A DNA stretch of 64,000 nt from Puniceicoccales bacterium (lineage in GTDB: Bacteria > Verrucomicrobiota > Verrucomicrobiia > Opitutales > LL51). The notes under the pieces are model-generated. The model was given only the letters and a program-made list of their open reading frames with translations, searched no databases and was not told the origin of the DNA. The stretch covers positions 768-64,767 of the forward strand of contig JAIRTH010000001.1 of NCBI GenBank assembly GCA_031255005.1, read 5' to 3'. The translations under genes and the position numbers were made by a program. Shown in pieces: positions 30,269-40,225 of this stretch (within the stretch, counting starts at the first letter, position 1; each line of letters starts with the position of its first letter).

Positions 30269-30967
30269 CTAGGCAACTTCCTTGTTATATTCTGTTGGTA
30301 CAATTCTCAGACCTGGAGTCATAGTCCCACTTATCGACATTCCTTTTATGAAAGTCCCGCGAAAATTTGCAGGCCTAGCTTCATTCACCGATGCGATGAC
30401 GGCTTTTATGTTTTCAATGATTTTATCATATTCAAATGACCTTTTACCTACCACAATTCCTGCATTGGCCGTCTTATCCATTTTGAATTCAACGCGGCCG
30501 GCCTTAACATCGGTGATGGCAGAGACTATGTCGTCTGATACAGTGCCGGACTTTGGATTTGGCATTAAACCTCTTGGGCCTAAAATTTTTGCAACATTTC
30601 TGACTTGTTTCATCGCCAATGTGGTTGCCACGGCCACATCAAATTCTAGCCAACCAGAACTTACTTTTTCAATCATATCCTCTAGGCCAGCAAAATCAGC
30701 CCCAGCTTTGATTGCAGTCTCTGGTGACTCGGTAAATGCGAGGACTTTGACATTTTTACCACTACCATGTGGTAATTTAACCGTGCCGCGTACCATTTGA
30801 TCACTTTGCTTTGGATCAACGCCAAAATGAATAGAAATTTCGACTGTTTCATCAAATTTAGCTCGGGACATCTTATTTAGCAATACGACGGCTTCTTCTA
30901 TTCCAAATGACCGACTTAAATCTGCAACTTCCTGGCTTTTTAAATGGCGTTTGCTTCGATTTTTCAT
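30269..30967 (-). CDS. rplA: 50S ribosomal protein L1
   Basis: 'RGTVKLPHGSGK' and 'AKILGPRGLMPNPKSGTV'. Confidence 0.95.
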   Translation of the reverse strand: MKNRSKRHLKSQEVADLSRSFGIEEAVVLLNKMSRAKFDETVEISIHFGVDPKQSDQMVRGTVKLPHGSGKNVKVLAFTESPETAIKAGADFAGLEDMIEKVSSGWLEFDVAVATTLAMKQVRNVAKILGPRGLMPNPKSGTVSDDIVSAITDVKAGRVEFKMDKTANAGIVVGKRSFEYDKIIENIKAVIASVNEARPANFRGTFIKGMSISGTMTPGLRIVPTEYNKEVA

Positions 30968-30993
30968 AAAATTACAATTAAAATTTAAAAAAC

Positions 30994-31419
30994 TTAAGAA
31001 ATGATTTCTATCCCCATGCTTCTTGCTGTACCTTCTATCATTAATCCAGCAGCTTTTTGATTAACGGCGTTGAGATCTTTCATTTTTATTTTTACAATCT
31101 CATCTATTTGGGCCTGAGTAACTTTGCCGACTTTATCGCGATTTGGTATACCAGATCCTTTTTGAGCTCCAGCTGCTTTTCTGAGCAATACCGAGGCCGG
31201 CGGAGATTTTAGTTCAAATGAAAACGATTTATCTGCATACACTGATATGACTGCCGGAATTATCATGCCTGTTTGATCTTTCGTCCTGGCGTTGAATTCT
31301 TTGCAAAACCCCATAATGTTTACTCCGGCTGCACCCAAAGCCGGGCCAACCGGTGGCGCAGGATTTGCTGCCCCAGCAGGTAATTGCAATTTTATTTGTT
31401 TTACTACTTTTTTTGCCAT
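30994..31419 (-). CDS. rplK: 50S ribosomal protein L11
   Basis: '[36 protein letters not shown]'. Confidence 0.96.
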   Translation of the reverse strand: MAKKVVKQIKLQLPAGAANPAPPVGPALGAAGVNIMGFCKEFNARTKDQTGMIIPAVISVYADKSFSFELKSPPASVLLRKAAGAQKGSGIPNRDKVGKVTQAQIDEIVKIKMKDLNAVNQKAAGLMIEGTARSMGIEIIS

Positions 31420-31427
31420 AAACTTAC

Positions 31428-32003
31428 CTATTCTTCGTTAACAATATTGGCTTGCCAAAATTCCAATTCCACCGGAGTGTCGCGACCAAACAACGAAACC
31501 GACACCTTCATTTTTCCATTCGCCACATCTATGTCCACCACATTACCAATGGATTCCATAAATGGCCCGTCATTTATCTTCACTCGATTTCCTATTTCAA
31601 ACGAGACTCTTTGCACCGGAGCACTTCCGATTTTTTTGGCCTGCTCAAGAATTCTATCAACTTCGGACTGTTTTAATGGAACTGGATTATCTTTTCCGAC
31701 AAAACTGACAACACCTTCGGTATTTCTCACAAACTGCCAAGGATCCTGTAGTAAATTTCCATCGTCGTCAAGCAATTTCATCTTTATAAATACATATCCT
31801 GGATAAAATTTTTTCACGCGTTGATATCTTTTGCCATTTTTTATCTCCATAACATTTTCCGATGGAACTAGAACTTCATCAATGAAATCATTTAAGCCAT
31901 TTATTACCATAAACTTATCTATATATAACTTGACCTTATTCTCTTGGTTTGTTAGAACCTGTAAAGCATACCATTTGAAATCATCGACTGCAGCCATTGC
32001 CAT
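31428..32003 (-). CDS. nusG: Transcription termination/antitermination factor NusG
   Basis: NGN '[15 protein letters not shown]' and 'FPGYVFIKM'. KOW '[11 protein letters not shown]'. Position between secE and rplK. Confidence 0.92.
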   Translation of the reverse strand: MAMAAVDDFKWYALQVLTNQENKVKLYIDKFMVINGLNDFIDEVLVPSENVMEIKNGKRYQRVKKFYPGYVFIKMKLLDDDGNLLQDPWQFVRNTEGVVSFVGKDNPVPLKQSEVDRILEQAKKIGSAPVQRVSFEIGNRVKINDGPFMESIGNVVDIDVANGKMKVSVSLFGRDTPVELEFWQANIVNEE

Positions 32004-32006
32004 TTT

Positions 32007-32225
32007 TTAACCAATGCAGCCTCTTACCCAAGAACTTACAGTATTTACGAAACCACCCAAGGCAAAATCCAATATGGACACATATATTCCCCATACTAGC
32101 ATTCCAACTAATACAGCAATGGTAGATCTTCGCAATTCTTTGGCATTTGGCCATGAAGCCTTTTTCAACTCTTCAATGGTTTCGCCGCAAAATAAACTAA
32201 CTCGTCTAAATGGATTCATATTCAA
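32007..32225 (-). CDS. secE: Preprotein translocase subunit SecE
   Basis: 72 aa, 'ELKKASWPN.KEL' followed by a single TM helix. Lies between tRNA-Trp and nusG. Confidence 0.85.
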   Translation of the reverse strand: MNMNPFRRVSLFCGETIEELKKASWPNAKELRRSTIAVLVGMLVWGIYVSILDFALGGFVNTVSSWVRGCIG

Positions 32226-32233
32226 AACTAAAA

Positions 32234-32309
32234 TGGCAGGAGAAGAGGGACTCGAACCCCCAACCTACGGTTTTGGAGACCGTTGCTCTGCCAATTGAGC
32301 TATTCTCCT
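32234..32309 (-). tRNA. tRNA-Trp (anticodon CCA)
   Basis: Reverse complement AGGAGAATAGCTCAATTGGCAGAGCAACGGTCTCCAAAACCGTAGGTTGGGGGTTCGAGTCCCTCTTCTCCTGCCA. Acceptor AGGAGAA/TTCTCCT, anticodon loop CTCCAAA, encoded CCA end. Confidence 0.93.
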
Positions 32310-32371
32310 ATTTCCGAAGGTGAATACTAAAAGTGCATTTGTTGTAAAAAGTCAACACAATTTTACAATTT

Positions 32372-33562
32372 TTATGCAATAATTTCTGTAATCCTTCCGG
32401 CTCCTATGGTCCTTCCTCCCTCCCTTATGGCGAATCTTTGGCCTTTTTCCATCGCTATTGCCTTTTGTAGTTCCAAGCTGACGTTTAAATTATCACCGGG
32501 CATCACCATTTCAGCATTTTCTGGAAGTGTTACAATGCCGGTAACATCTGCAGTGCCAAAGAAAAATTGCGGTCTATATCCATTGACAAATGGTGTATGG
32601 CGGCCACCTTCATCTTTGGTTAGCACATATATTTCAGCCTTTGCTTTGGTGTGGGGCGTAATGCTTTTTGGTTTAGCTATGACATGACCTCTTTCCACGT
32701 CTTTCTTCTCAAGGCCGCGAAGCAAGAGTCCCACATTGTCACCAGCGCGACCTTCGTCTAGCAATTTGCGAAACATTTCCACACCAGTACATGTTGTTTT
32801 TTTCGTTTCTCCAAGTCCAACTATTTCAATCTCTTCACCGACTTTTATGATGCCTCGTTCAATGCGGCCGGTGGCAACGGTGCCGCGACCGGTAATCGAA
32901 AATACATCTTCTACAGCCATTAAAAACGGTTTATCGATATTGCGGACAGGCTCTTCGATGTCACTATCCAGGGCATCTAAAAGTTTTCCAATGGCAGCTG
33001 CACCTTCTTCTTTTCCTTCAAGGGCGGCCAAAGCTGATCCACGTATCACGGCTATTTTATCTCCATCGAACTCATATTTACTCAATAGCTCGCGAATTTC
33101 CATTTCAACCAAATCAATAAGTTCTGGGTCGTCCAGAAGATCTACTTTATTCAAAAAAACCACGATATTTGGTACACCAACCTGCCGAGCAAGTAGTATA
33201 TGCTCGCGTGTTTGCGGCATGGGACCGTCGGCTGCACTCACGACTAGAATTGCACCGTCCATTTGAGCGGCTCCGGTGATCATATTTTTTACAAAATCGG
33301 CATGTCCTGGGCAATCGACATGAGCATAGTGTCGCTTTTCGCTTGAATATTCAACGTGCGATACTGCTATTGTAACTGTTTTTGTCGAATCACGGACTGT
33401 ACCGCCTTTGGTCACATCTGCATAGGATTTACGCTCAGCCAAGCCTTTGTCTGCCTGGACCTTAAGCAATGCAGTTGTGAGCGTCGATTTGCCGTGATCA
33501 ACATGCCCGATAGTACCGACATTTACATGCGGTTTTGTTCTAACGAATGTTTCTTTTGCCAT
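32372..33562 (-). CDS. tuf: Elongation factor Tu
   Basis: '[12 protein letters not shown]', '[25 protein letters not shown]', 'NKVD', 396 aa. Confidence 0.97.
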   Translation of the reverse strand: MAKETFVRTKPHVNVGTIGHVDHGKSTLTTALLKVQADKGLAERKSYADVTKGGTVRDSTKTVTIAVSHVEYSSEKRHYAHVDCPGHADFVKNMITGAAQMDGAILVVSAADGPMPQTREHILLARQVGVPNIVVFLNKVDLLDDPELIDLVEMEIRELLSKYEFDGDKIAVIRGSALAALEGKEEGAAAIGKLLDALDSDIEEPVRNIDKPFLMAVEDVFSITGRGTVATGRIERGIIKVGEEIEIVGLGETKKTTCTGVEMFRKLLDEGRAGDNVGLLLRGLEKKDVERGHVIAKPKSITPHTKAKAEIYVLTKDEGGRHTPFVNGYRPQFFFGTADVTGIVTLPENAEMVMPGDNLNVSLELQKAIAMEKGQRFAIREGGRTIGAGRITEIIA

Positions 33563-33635
33563 GTTTTATTCCTATAATTCCTATATTAAAAACTAAAATA
33601 AACTTTATTATTTAACGACTTCCATGTCCGCCAAT

Positions 33636-33711
<76 letters not shown>

Positions 33712-33730
33712 GAACAGAACCGTGGCTATG

Positions 33731-33759
33731 AATCTGAAAACCTGATACCTGGAGGTCAA
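33731..33759 (-). promoter_or_regulatory. Candidate promoter for tRNA-Thr/tuf
   Basis: On the minus strand: TTGACC, 17 nt, CAGATT, about 19 nt upstream of the tRNA 5' end. Good -35, weak -10. Confidence 0.25.
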
Positions 33760-33978
33760 TACTAATTTTGCAATTTTGATCATTTTGTAAAAATATATAC
33801 AAAAAATCATAGCTAATAAGAGATTAGCGAAGGCCAATGTTGTAATATTGTGCATTGGGTCGCGCCAACGACTAGTGCTGGTCCATGCCGATCTTATGCT
33901 GTTTTTCATTAAAATTTTTTGAATATATATATGCATCATATTTGTGTCATATTTTATTTATATATTTTGCTTTGGCCG

Positions 33979-35517
33979 TCAATTGCGATCAAGCGATCGA
34001 TATTGAATTGCCTCCAGTAGATGTTCTTCTTTTATTTTGGTCGATAGATTTAGGTCGGCTATCGTCCTTGCTACTTTTATAATTCTAGAATGAGCTCTGG
34101 CGGAAAATGAAAACTGGGCCATGGCCGACTCGAGCAATTTTGTGCAATTTGTGTCCATTTCGCAATATTTTTTCATTTCTCCATTGCTTGCTCTGGCGTT
34201 GATTATTTTTCCTTTGTATCTTTCTTGCTGAACTGACCTTGCTGCTTCGATGCGTTTCTTTATGCTTTCCGAGGATTCGCTGGGCATGTCGTATACTAAC
34301 TCGTTGGCTTGTACGGCCTTAACATTTATATGAATGTCAATTCTATCCAGCAGTGGTCCGCTGATTCTTGATCTATATTTCTGGATCCTGTCGGCAGAGC
34401 AATGACAAATGACTTTTGGATTGCCAAAATGTCCACATGGGCATGGGTTCATTGCTGCAACCAGCATGAATTCGCAGGGAAATGTTATTTTTCCGGCGCT
34501 TCGCGATATGGAAACCGTTCCGTCTTCAAGTGGTTGTCGCAGAACCTCTAAGGTGGATCTTTTGAATTCTGGGAGCTCATCGAGGAATAGTACTCCATTG
34601 TGAGCCAGTGATATTTCGCCAGGCATGGGAATTTTGCCGCCTCCGAGTAGTCCTATATCGCTTATGGTGTGATGTGGAGATCTGAATGGTCGGCAAAATA
34701 TCCTCTGTTGTAGCAATGAATCCACGTCAGTAAGTGATTCTATGCGAAGGTTTTCCAGGAATTCACTGATGGTTGGATCTGGCATAATGCTTGGAATTCT
34801 CTTTGCTACCATGGATTTGCCAGATCCTGGCGAGCCTATCATCATCATATTATGACCCCCAGCCACGGCCACTTCCACTGCGCGACGCAGGGCAAATTGG
34901 CCTTTTACATCAGAAAAATCTATGTTTTGTTCGCGCATGTTTTTGCCAAAGGCCTCGTGGATATTGCTTTGTTTTGGTTCTATATTTATCATGCCGGTGA
35001 GAAATTGTACCGCATGGTCCAGCGATTTGACGCCCACTACGCTCACATCGTTGAGCAGCGAAGCTTCTTCGGCTGATGCTTCTGGTAATATTATGGATTT
35101 TCCTAGTTTTTTGGCCAAAATTCCGAGAGATATGGCGCCTCGAACCGGCAATGTTCTTCCGGATAAACTTAGTTCGCCGGCTATTAAAAATTTATCCAGG
35201 CTGTGAAAGACCGCTTGATTCATGCTCGCGATGATACCTAGTGCGATTGGTAAATCATAGAGCGGTCCTTCTTTCTTTATATTGCCTGGAGACAAATTGG
35301 CTGTGGTTCGTGTTTTTGGTGGGCAAAATCCAGAATTAGCCAGAGCGGAATATACTCTGCCTTGGGATTCTTTGACCGCCGCATCGGGCAATCCAACCAG
35401 AACAAATCTCGGTTCTCCGGCTTCGCCAGAATTTATTTCGATGTTGATCGGCAGTGCGTCTATACCAAGAATTGCCCCTGATTGTATTATTGCTAGCATC
35501 GTTGTGCATCCAACCAC
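33979..35517 (-). CDS. comM: Mg-chelatase-like AAA+ protein YifB/ComM family
   Basis: Walker A 'GSPGSGKSM', Walker B '[10 protein letters not shown]', 'AAMNPCPCG', Lon-like N-domain. The true start may be MLAIIQSG at 35499. Confidence 0.85.
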   Translation of the reverse strand: MVGCTTMLAIIQSGAILGIDALPINIEINSGEAGEPRFVLVGLPDAAVKESQGRVYSALANSGFCPPKTRTTANLSPGNIKKEGPLYDLPIALGIIASMNQAVFHSLDKFLIAGELSLSGRTLPVRGAISLGILAKKLGKSIILPEASAEEASLLNDVSVVGVKSLDHAVQFLTGMINIEPKQSNIHEAFGKNMREQNIDFSDVKGQFALRRAVEVAVAGGHNMMMIGSPGSGKSMVAKRIPSIMPDPTISEFLENLRIESLTDVDSLLQQRIFCRPFRSPHHTISDIGLLGGGKIPMPGEISLAHNGVLFLDELPEFKRSTLEVLRQPLEDGTVSISRSAGKITFPCEFMLVAAMNPCPCGHFGNPKVICHCSADRIQKYRSRISGPLLDRIDIHINVKAVQANELVYDMPSESSESIKKRIEAARSVQQERYKGKIINARASNGEMKKYCEMDTNCTKLLESAMAQFSFSARAHSRIIKVARTIADLNLSTKIKEEHLLEAIQYRSLDRN

Positions 35518-35528
35518 GATGCTTGTGA

Positions 35529-36089
35529 TTAGTCAAGTACAAATTTCATCATAGGTTCATTGCAATTTACATTATTATAGACTTTTGTCACAAACTTGTC
35601 GCATAAGTATATATCGCTGTCATACTTAAATAAATGCGAAAATTTTGGAAAAAATGTATCCCCGGCAAAACTTCCATGCACATGGGAGATTATTAATTGG
35701 GAACATTTGGCTAACAACATGTTATATATTTCAGCGCCGCCGCAAACCCATAGCAATTTATGATTTGGTGGAGCGCTAAGCTCTTCTGGTTCATGCAGAA
35801 CCGTTAGATCATCGCGAGGTTGCATCGATCTGCTAAGCACAATATTATGGCGATTTGGCAATGGTTTTCCGATGGATTCGTAGGTTTTTCTGCCCATTAC
35901 CAGGCTATGGCCGGTGGTGATTTTTTTGAAAACATCAAATTCTTCTTTTATTTTCCATGGTAATTTTCCGTTGATGCCGATGGTCATATTATCGTCGATG
36001 GCCGCTATTGCTTTGAGCCATATAAGGATAGATGTATTATTGATGTTTATCATGATTGCCATTGCTAAGATGGTGCAAGGGGTTTGCAA
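35529..36089 (-). CDS. folA: Dihydrofolate reductase
   Basis: '[18 protein letters not shown]', '[24 protein letters not shown]', 'WVCGGAEIY'. The N-terminal start is uncertain. Confidence 0.85.
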   Translation of the reverse strand: MQTPCTILAMAIMININNTSILIWLKAIAAIDDNMTIGINGKLPWKIKEEFDVFKKITTGHSLVMGRKTYESIGKPLPNRHNIVLSRSMQPRDDLTVLHEPEELSAPPNHKLLWVCGGAEIYNMLLAKCSQLIISHVHGSFAGDTFFPKFSHLFKYDSDIYLCDKFVTKVYNNVNCNEPMMKFVLD

Positions 36090-36214
36090 ATTTATTTACA
36101 TAAGTTAAGTCTGTTATTGGCAGATTGTTAAAGTAGGACGTGCAGCTATTTGTAAAAGAAGTGTGTATAATTCAGTTGACTTTTCGATTATTGCCCACAA
36201 TGCTATCCTCATAA

Positions 36215-38224
36215 GTGATGTTAGATATGTCGCGAAGGAGATATACATGGGCTGATTTTTTTCATTATATATCAATGGAAACAGTTAATTCGTTTAAATT
36301 GTTTGTCCTATTGGCACCAATTTTTACATGTCTCCGCGCGACATTATTTTTTTCGCATATGTATTTGTGGCAGGACAGGGAATTGTCAGGTTTGTGGGTA
36401 CTGTTTCGGCATGGATTTTTGTTTGATTTGAAGATAGTTAGCGCAGTGACTTTGCCTATTTTTGTGCTGCCATTATTTTTATTTTTTTGGCGAAGAGCCG
36501 AAAATTTTTTACCAGTTTGTCGTCGGGTATATGGGTATATTTTAATAGTGTCTGCCATTGGGTTGAGTGTGATAGATTTCGTTTATTTCGAAGAATATAA
36601 CGATCAATTCAATTGGTGGATTTTGAACTTTTTATTCGACGATAAAGTGGCCATACTGAAGACCATATGGAGCGATTATCCGATCGTTAAGATGGCTTTG
36701 ATCACTGGATTTATATCTGGAATTCTCTGTTATCTTTATATAAAATTAGACAGGTGTCTTTGTTGCAGAAAGCTTTGCAAGGCAAGCATTTTTTGCAAAT
36801 TTGCAGCCATGGTGATATTTGTGATTGGATTTGTGTTTGCGTTGCGAGGTACTTATACGCGGCGACCGCTCCAAGTACTAGATGTGGCAATAACCGGTAA
36901 TACTTTTTTAAATAAACTTGTAATTAATCCGGCCTATGCACTATATTATTTGCTGTTTAGAAACTATTGGCGTAAATCTTTGGAGGAGCAAGTAAAAAAT
37001 AATTTATCGGCAGATCATGTGAAGGAGTCGATGAAGTTTTTATTTGGTGATGGGATTGATACCACGAGTATTGATGCTGTTCTTGAGCGGCAAGCTTCTG
37101 GGTTTCAATTAAATCCAAAACCAAAGCATGTGTTTATTATTGTGGCAGAAAGCATGGACATTTGGCCATTTTTAGACAAATATAAACATCTTGATTTGGT
37201 GAATGATCTTCGTTCTGTGGCTGAAAATGGGCTTTTTGTGCGGACGTTTTTGCCAATGGCTGACATGACGATTGGGGCCATATCGTCACAGTTATGCAAC
37301 TTTTCGTATTCACGTTTGTTTATAAACCACATGACCGTATGTCAGAAAGAGTTGCCATATTCCGTTGGCTCAATATTTTCCAGGTTAGGCTATGAAACTA
37401 ACTTTTTTTATGGTGGATATATGAGTTGGCAGAATATTGGTAACTTTGCATCTGGCAATGGCTTCAAAAATGTATATGGCGGGGATGTTATGGGTGAGCT
37501 GACTGGCAAGGAATGGGGCATAGATGATGATGGACTATTCGATTTTGTTCTAAAAAAAATTCCTAAAAATATTCCTACGTTTAATTTGATTTTAAATACA
37601 TCTAATCATCCTCCCTACGAAGTGGATGTGGATAGCAAAAGTATTCCACGAAAGGCACTTACGGCCGTTGTAACAGATGACAAGAAGATAAAACAGCTAC
37701 GGCATGCGTGGTATGCTAACAATTGCATCGCGGATTTTGTGAAAAAAGCAGATGAAAAATTTGAAAACTGTTTATTTGTAATAACCGGCGATCATTTTTC
37801 TCGCAGGCATATAAATGATCTATCTCCATTCTATGAAAGGAGTTGTGTACCTTTGATCATTTATGGAAAAAATTACTTAACTCAGCTAAAGCTTGATTTT
37901 TCACCGGTGGGTGCTCATGTGGATATCCCTTCGACGGTGATTGAATTATGTGCAGATCCTGGGTTTAGCTATCATACTTTTGGAAAAAATATATTGGATA
38001 AAAATTCGATAAAGGAGGGCTATGGTTTTGCTGCCGTGGTATTTAGCGACGGCATATGTGATTCTGTTAATGGATCGCTTTACGGAATTCCAGATATGCC
38101 ATTAGGGAACTATGATAGTGATAAAATCGATGCCGCTATAAAGAGGCAAAATGCATGGAAAGAACTTTCTCAGTGGCGGATTTTGTTTGGCAATAATGTC
38201 GAATCTATTCCTGCAAAAAAATGA
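36215..38224 (+). CDS. Membrane-anchored sulfatase-fold transferase (LtaS / phosphoglycerol-transferase-like family)
   Basis: Several N-terminal TM helices, then an alkaline-phosphatase-superfamily domain ('VFIIVAESMD', 'NTSNHPPY', 'FVITGDHF'). Confidence 0.6.
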   Translation: MMLDMSRRRYTWADFFHYISMETVNSFKLFVLLAPIFTCLRATLFFSHMYLWQDRELSGLWVLFRHGFLFDLKIVSAVTLPIFVLPLFLFFWRRAENFLPVCRRVYGYILIVSAIGLSVIDFVYFEEYNDQFNWWILNFLFDDKVAILKTIWSDYPIVKMALITGFISGILCYLYIKLDRCLCCRKLCKASIFCKFAAMVIFVIGFVFALRGTYTRRPLQVLDVAITGNTFLNKLVINPAYALYYLLFRNYWRKSLEEQVKNNLSADHVKESMKFLFGDGIDTTSIDAVLERQASGFQLNPKPKHVFIIVAESMDIWPFLDKYKHLDLVNDLRSVAENGLFVRTFLPMADMTIGAISSQLCNFSYSRLFINHMTVCQKELPYSVGSIFSRLGYETNFFYGGYMSWQNIGNFASGNGFKNVYGGDVMGELTGKEWGIDDDGLFDFVLKKIPKNIPTFNLILNTSNHPPYEVDVDSKSIPRKALTAVVTDDKKIKQLRHAWYANNCIADFVKKADEKFENCLFVITGDHFSRRHINDLSPFYERSCVPLIIYGKNYLTQLKLDFSPVGAHVDIPSTVIELCADPGFSYHTFGKNILDKNSIKEGYGFAAVVFSDGICDSVNGSLYGIPDMPLGNYDSDKIDAAIKRQNAWKELSQWRILFGNNVESIPAKK

Positions 38225-38260
38225 TATTGTTTGCTAAGTGTCTATGCAATAAAAAGATAG

Positions 38261-40225
38261 GTGCGAGCTTGTCGCATTAAATATCTAATGAATAAGTTTG
38301 TGAAGTTTGACGATAGAATTTTAAGTTCATCGAAGGAGAGTATTCTAGAACTTGGTGTAAACTATCGAAGAATATTAATTCGGCGAATAAGCGTTTTCCT
38401 CGTTATTTTTTTTATAGTTTTAGCTATTGGCATAAATATAATGCTTTTTCAGGAAAAAACCTACGAGGCTACAGCTACAATTCAAATTCTGCATGAATCT
38501 CCTAATGCTCTGGGGTACAAAGAGTTAGCCAAAACCGAGGTGAAAAATTTTGAAGATGTTAATACTCAACTTAACTTATTTGATAGCAACAGCTTATTTT
38601 TATTAGTTCTCAAATCTATGAGCCCTGAGGATAAAAAAAATTTACTTTCTCCCTATTTCAAAAACTGGGAAAAGCTATCCAAAGGCGAAATTCATGAATT
38701 TGTGCTGAGTCGAAGGAAGATTAACTTGTTGCGTAAGAGTTACGTTGTTGACGTTTCATTTAGTCATCGCTCGCCGGAGGTTGCTGCTATGATGGCAAAT
38801 AAATTTGCGGAATTTTTCTGTGAATTTTCGCTTAAAACGGAACGAGACGTGGTTTTAAGATCCATAAATGACCTCACCAGCAAGGTCGATAATCAACGAA
38901 AAGTCATTGAAGATCAAGAGCGTAAGTTATTAAAATACCGTGAAACCTATGGTGCTATTTCATTGGATTCTAAAGATGATGTGGCTCATCAACAGTTGAC
39001 TATGCTAAATAATGCATTGGTAAACAAGAAGTTAGAGTATGATTTGTTGAAAAATTCATGTTTATTGATTAAGGAATACGAGGAAAAGGGCAAGCAGTTG
39101 ATAACATTGCCATTTGTCTATTCAAATGGTTATGTTGAAAATATACTTTCTAACATGTCGAGGCAAAGAGCTGAGCTCTCACTGCTGACGGAAAAATATG
39201 GAGATAAATATCCGCTAATGGTTTGTAAGAATAGCGAACTTAAGCAGTTACAGGCCGAATTAGATTCAGCTATTAAATTTGTGATCAATGGCGTGATTTC
39301 TAAAAAAACTAAATCCAAACGCGAGTATCACCTTCTCTCAGAAAAATTTAAGCAAAAAGAGGCAGAAATTATAGAGTTGAATCGGATTGCCGTCGAATAT
39401 AATTCTTTGCTGAGAGATTTGGATGTCAGTCTAAATCTATACAATACAATTAATAACAGATTGCACGAGCAAATTGCGCAGCTTAATGTTTTGATGCCGA
39501 ATGTGACGATTATCGATCTGGCACTTCCTTTGGACCAACATGTATGGCCAGATTTTAAGGTAGAAATTTTCGTTTTTCTGTTGCTTGGTATAATGTTTGG
39601 CATTTTATATGTAGTCATTGCAGAAATTTTTGACAATAGAATTAGATGCGAAAGTGATGTGCGTAACTTGTTCGATGATAATGTGGTTGGGTTCATTAAA
39701 ACGGTGAATCAAAGTATAATTGAAAGCAATTTACACCATGTATCTGCAAAAATCAATGATGCCTTAGAAAAGTATGATTCAAGGACTATTAGTATAATTG
39801 GTCAAATTCCTGTGAATTTGATTCCATGTGTTGCGAATGGCTTTATGTCGTTGGGTTACAGTGTATTAGTAATCACTGATAGGCCGATAGTGTTTAGCGA
39901 AAAATTGGTGTCTTATAGGGAAATAGATGGCAATATGGGGCATATGGGTATCATTGATGAACGGTATGCTGTGTTAAATTTGAATCAAAAGAGCTGCAAT
40001 TTCGATGAAAAGGCGTTGAAATATATTTGCGAAATAAAAGAAAAGTATGATAAAGTAATAGTAAGTCTCTCTTGGAGTGAGGCTTGTAAAACCTACAAGC
40101 TATTTGGAGATGAACTATTCTTGTTAGCCATTAGATACAATTTAACAAAAACCACCGATATTCTCCATTGCATGCAAAATACACTCACTTTACGTGAAAA
40201 AATATATTGTGTCGTGCTATTCTAA
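38261..40225 (+). CDS. Polysaccharide co-polymerase (Wzz/Wzc/GumC-like) with a C-terminal domain lacking a recognisable P-loop
   Basis: TM1 'ISVFLVIFFIVLAIGINIMLF', long coiled-coil region, proline motif 'LPLDQHVWPDF' and TM2 'VEIFVFLLLGIMFGILYVVIA', then a ~190-aa tail. Start ambiguous (GTG 38261 or ATG 38288). Confidence 0.5.
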   Translation: MRACRIKYLMNKFVKFDDRILSSSKESILELGVNYRRILIRRISVFLVIFFIVLAIGINIMLFQEKTYEATATIQILHESPNALGYKELAKTEVKNFEDVNTQLNLFDSNSLFLLVLKSMSPEDKKNLLSPYFKNWEKLSKGEIHEFVLSRRKINLLRKSYVVDVSFSHRSPEVAAMMANKFAEFFCEFSLKTERDVVLRSINDLTSKVDNQRKVIEDQERKLLKYRETYGAISLDSKDDVAHQQLTMLNNALVNKKLEYDLLKNSCLLIKEYEEKGKQLITLPFVYSNGYVENILSNMSRQRAELSLLTEKYGDKYPLMVCKNSELKQLQAELDSAIKFVINGVISKKTKSKREYHLLSEKFKQKEAEIIELNRIAVEYNSLLRDLDVSLNLYNTINNRLHEQIAQLNVLMPNVTIIDLALPLDQHVWPDFKVEIFVFLLLGIMFGILYVVIAEIFDNRIRCESDVRNLFDDNVVGFIKTVNQSIIESNLHHVSAKINDALEKYDSRTISIIGQIPVNLIPCVANGFMSLGYSVLVITDRPIVFSEKLVSYREIDGNMGHMGIIDERYAVLNLNQKSCNFDEKALKYICEIKEKYDKVIVSLSWSEACKTYKLFGDELFLLAIRYNLTKTTDILHCMQNTLTLREKIYCVVLF

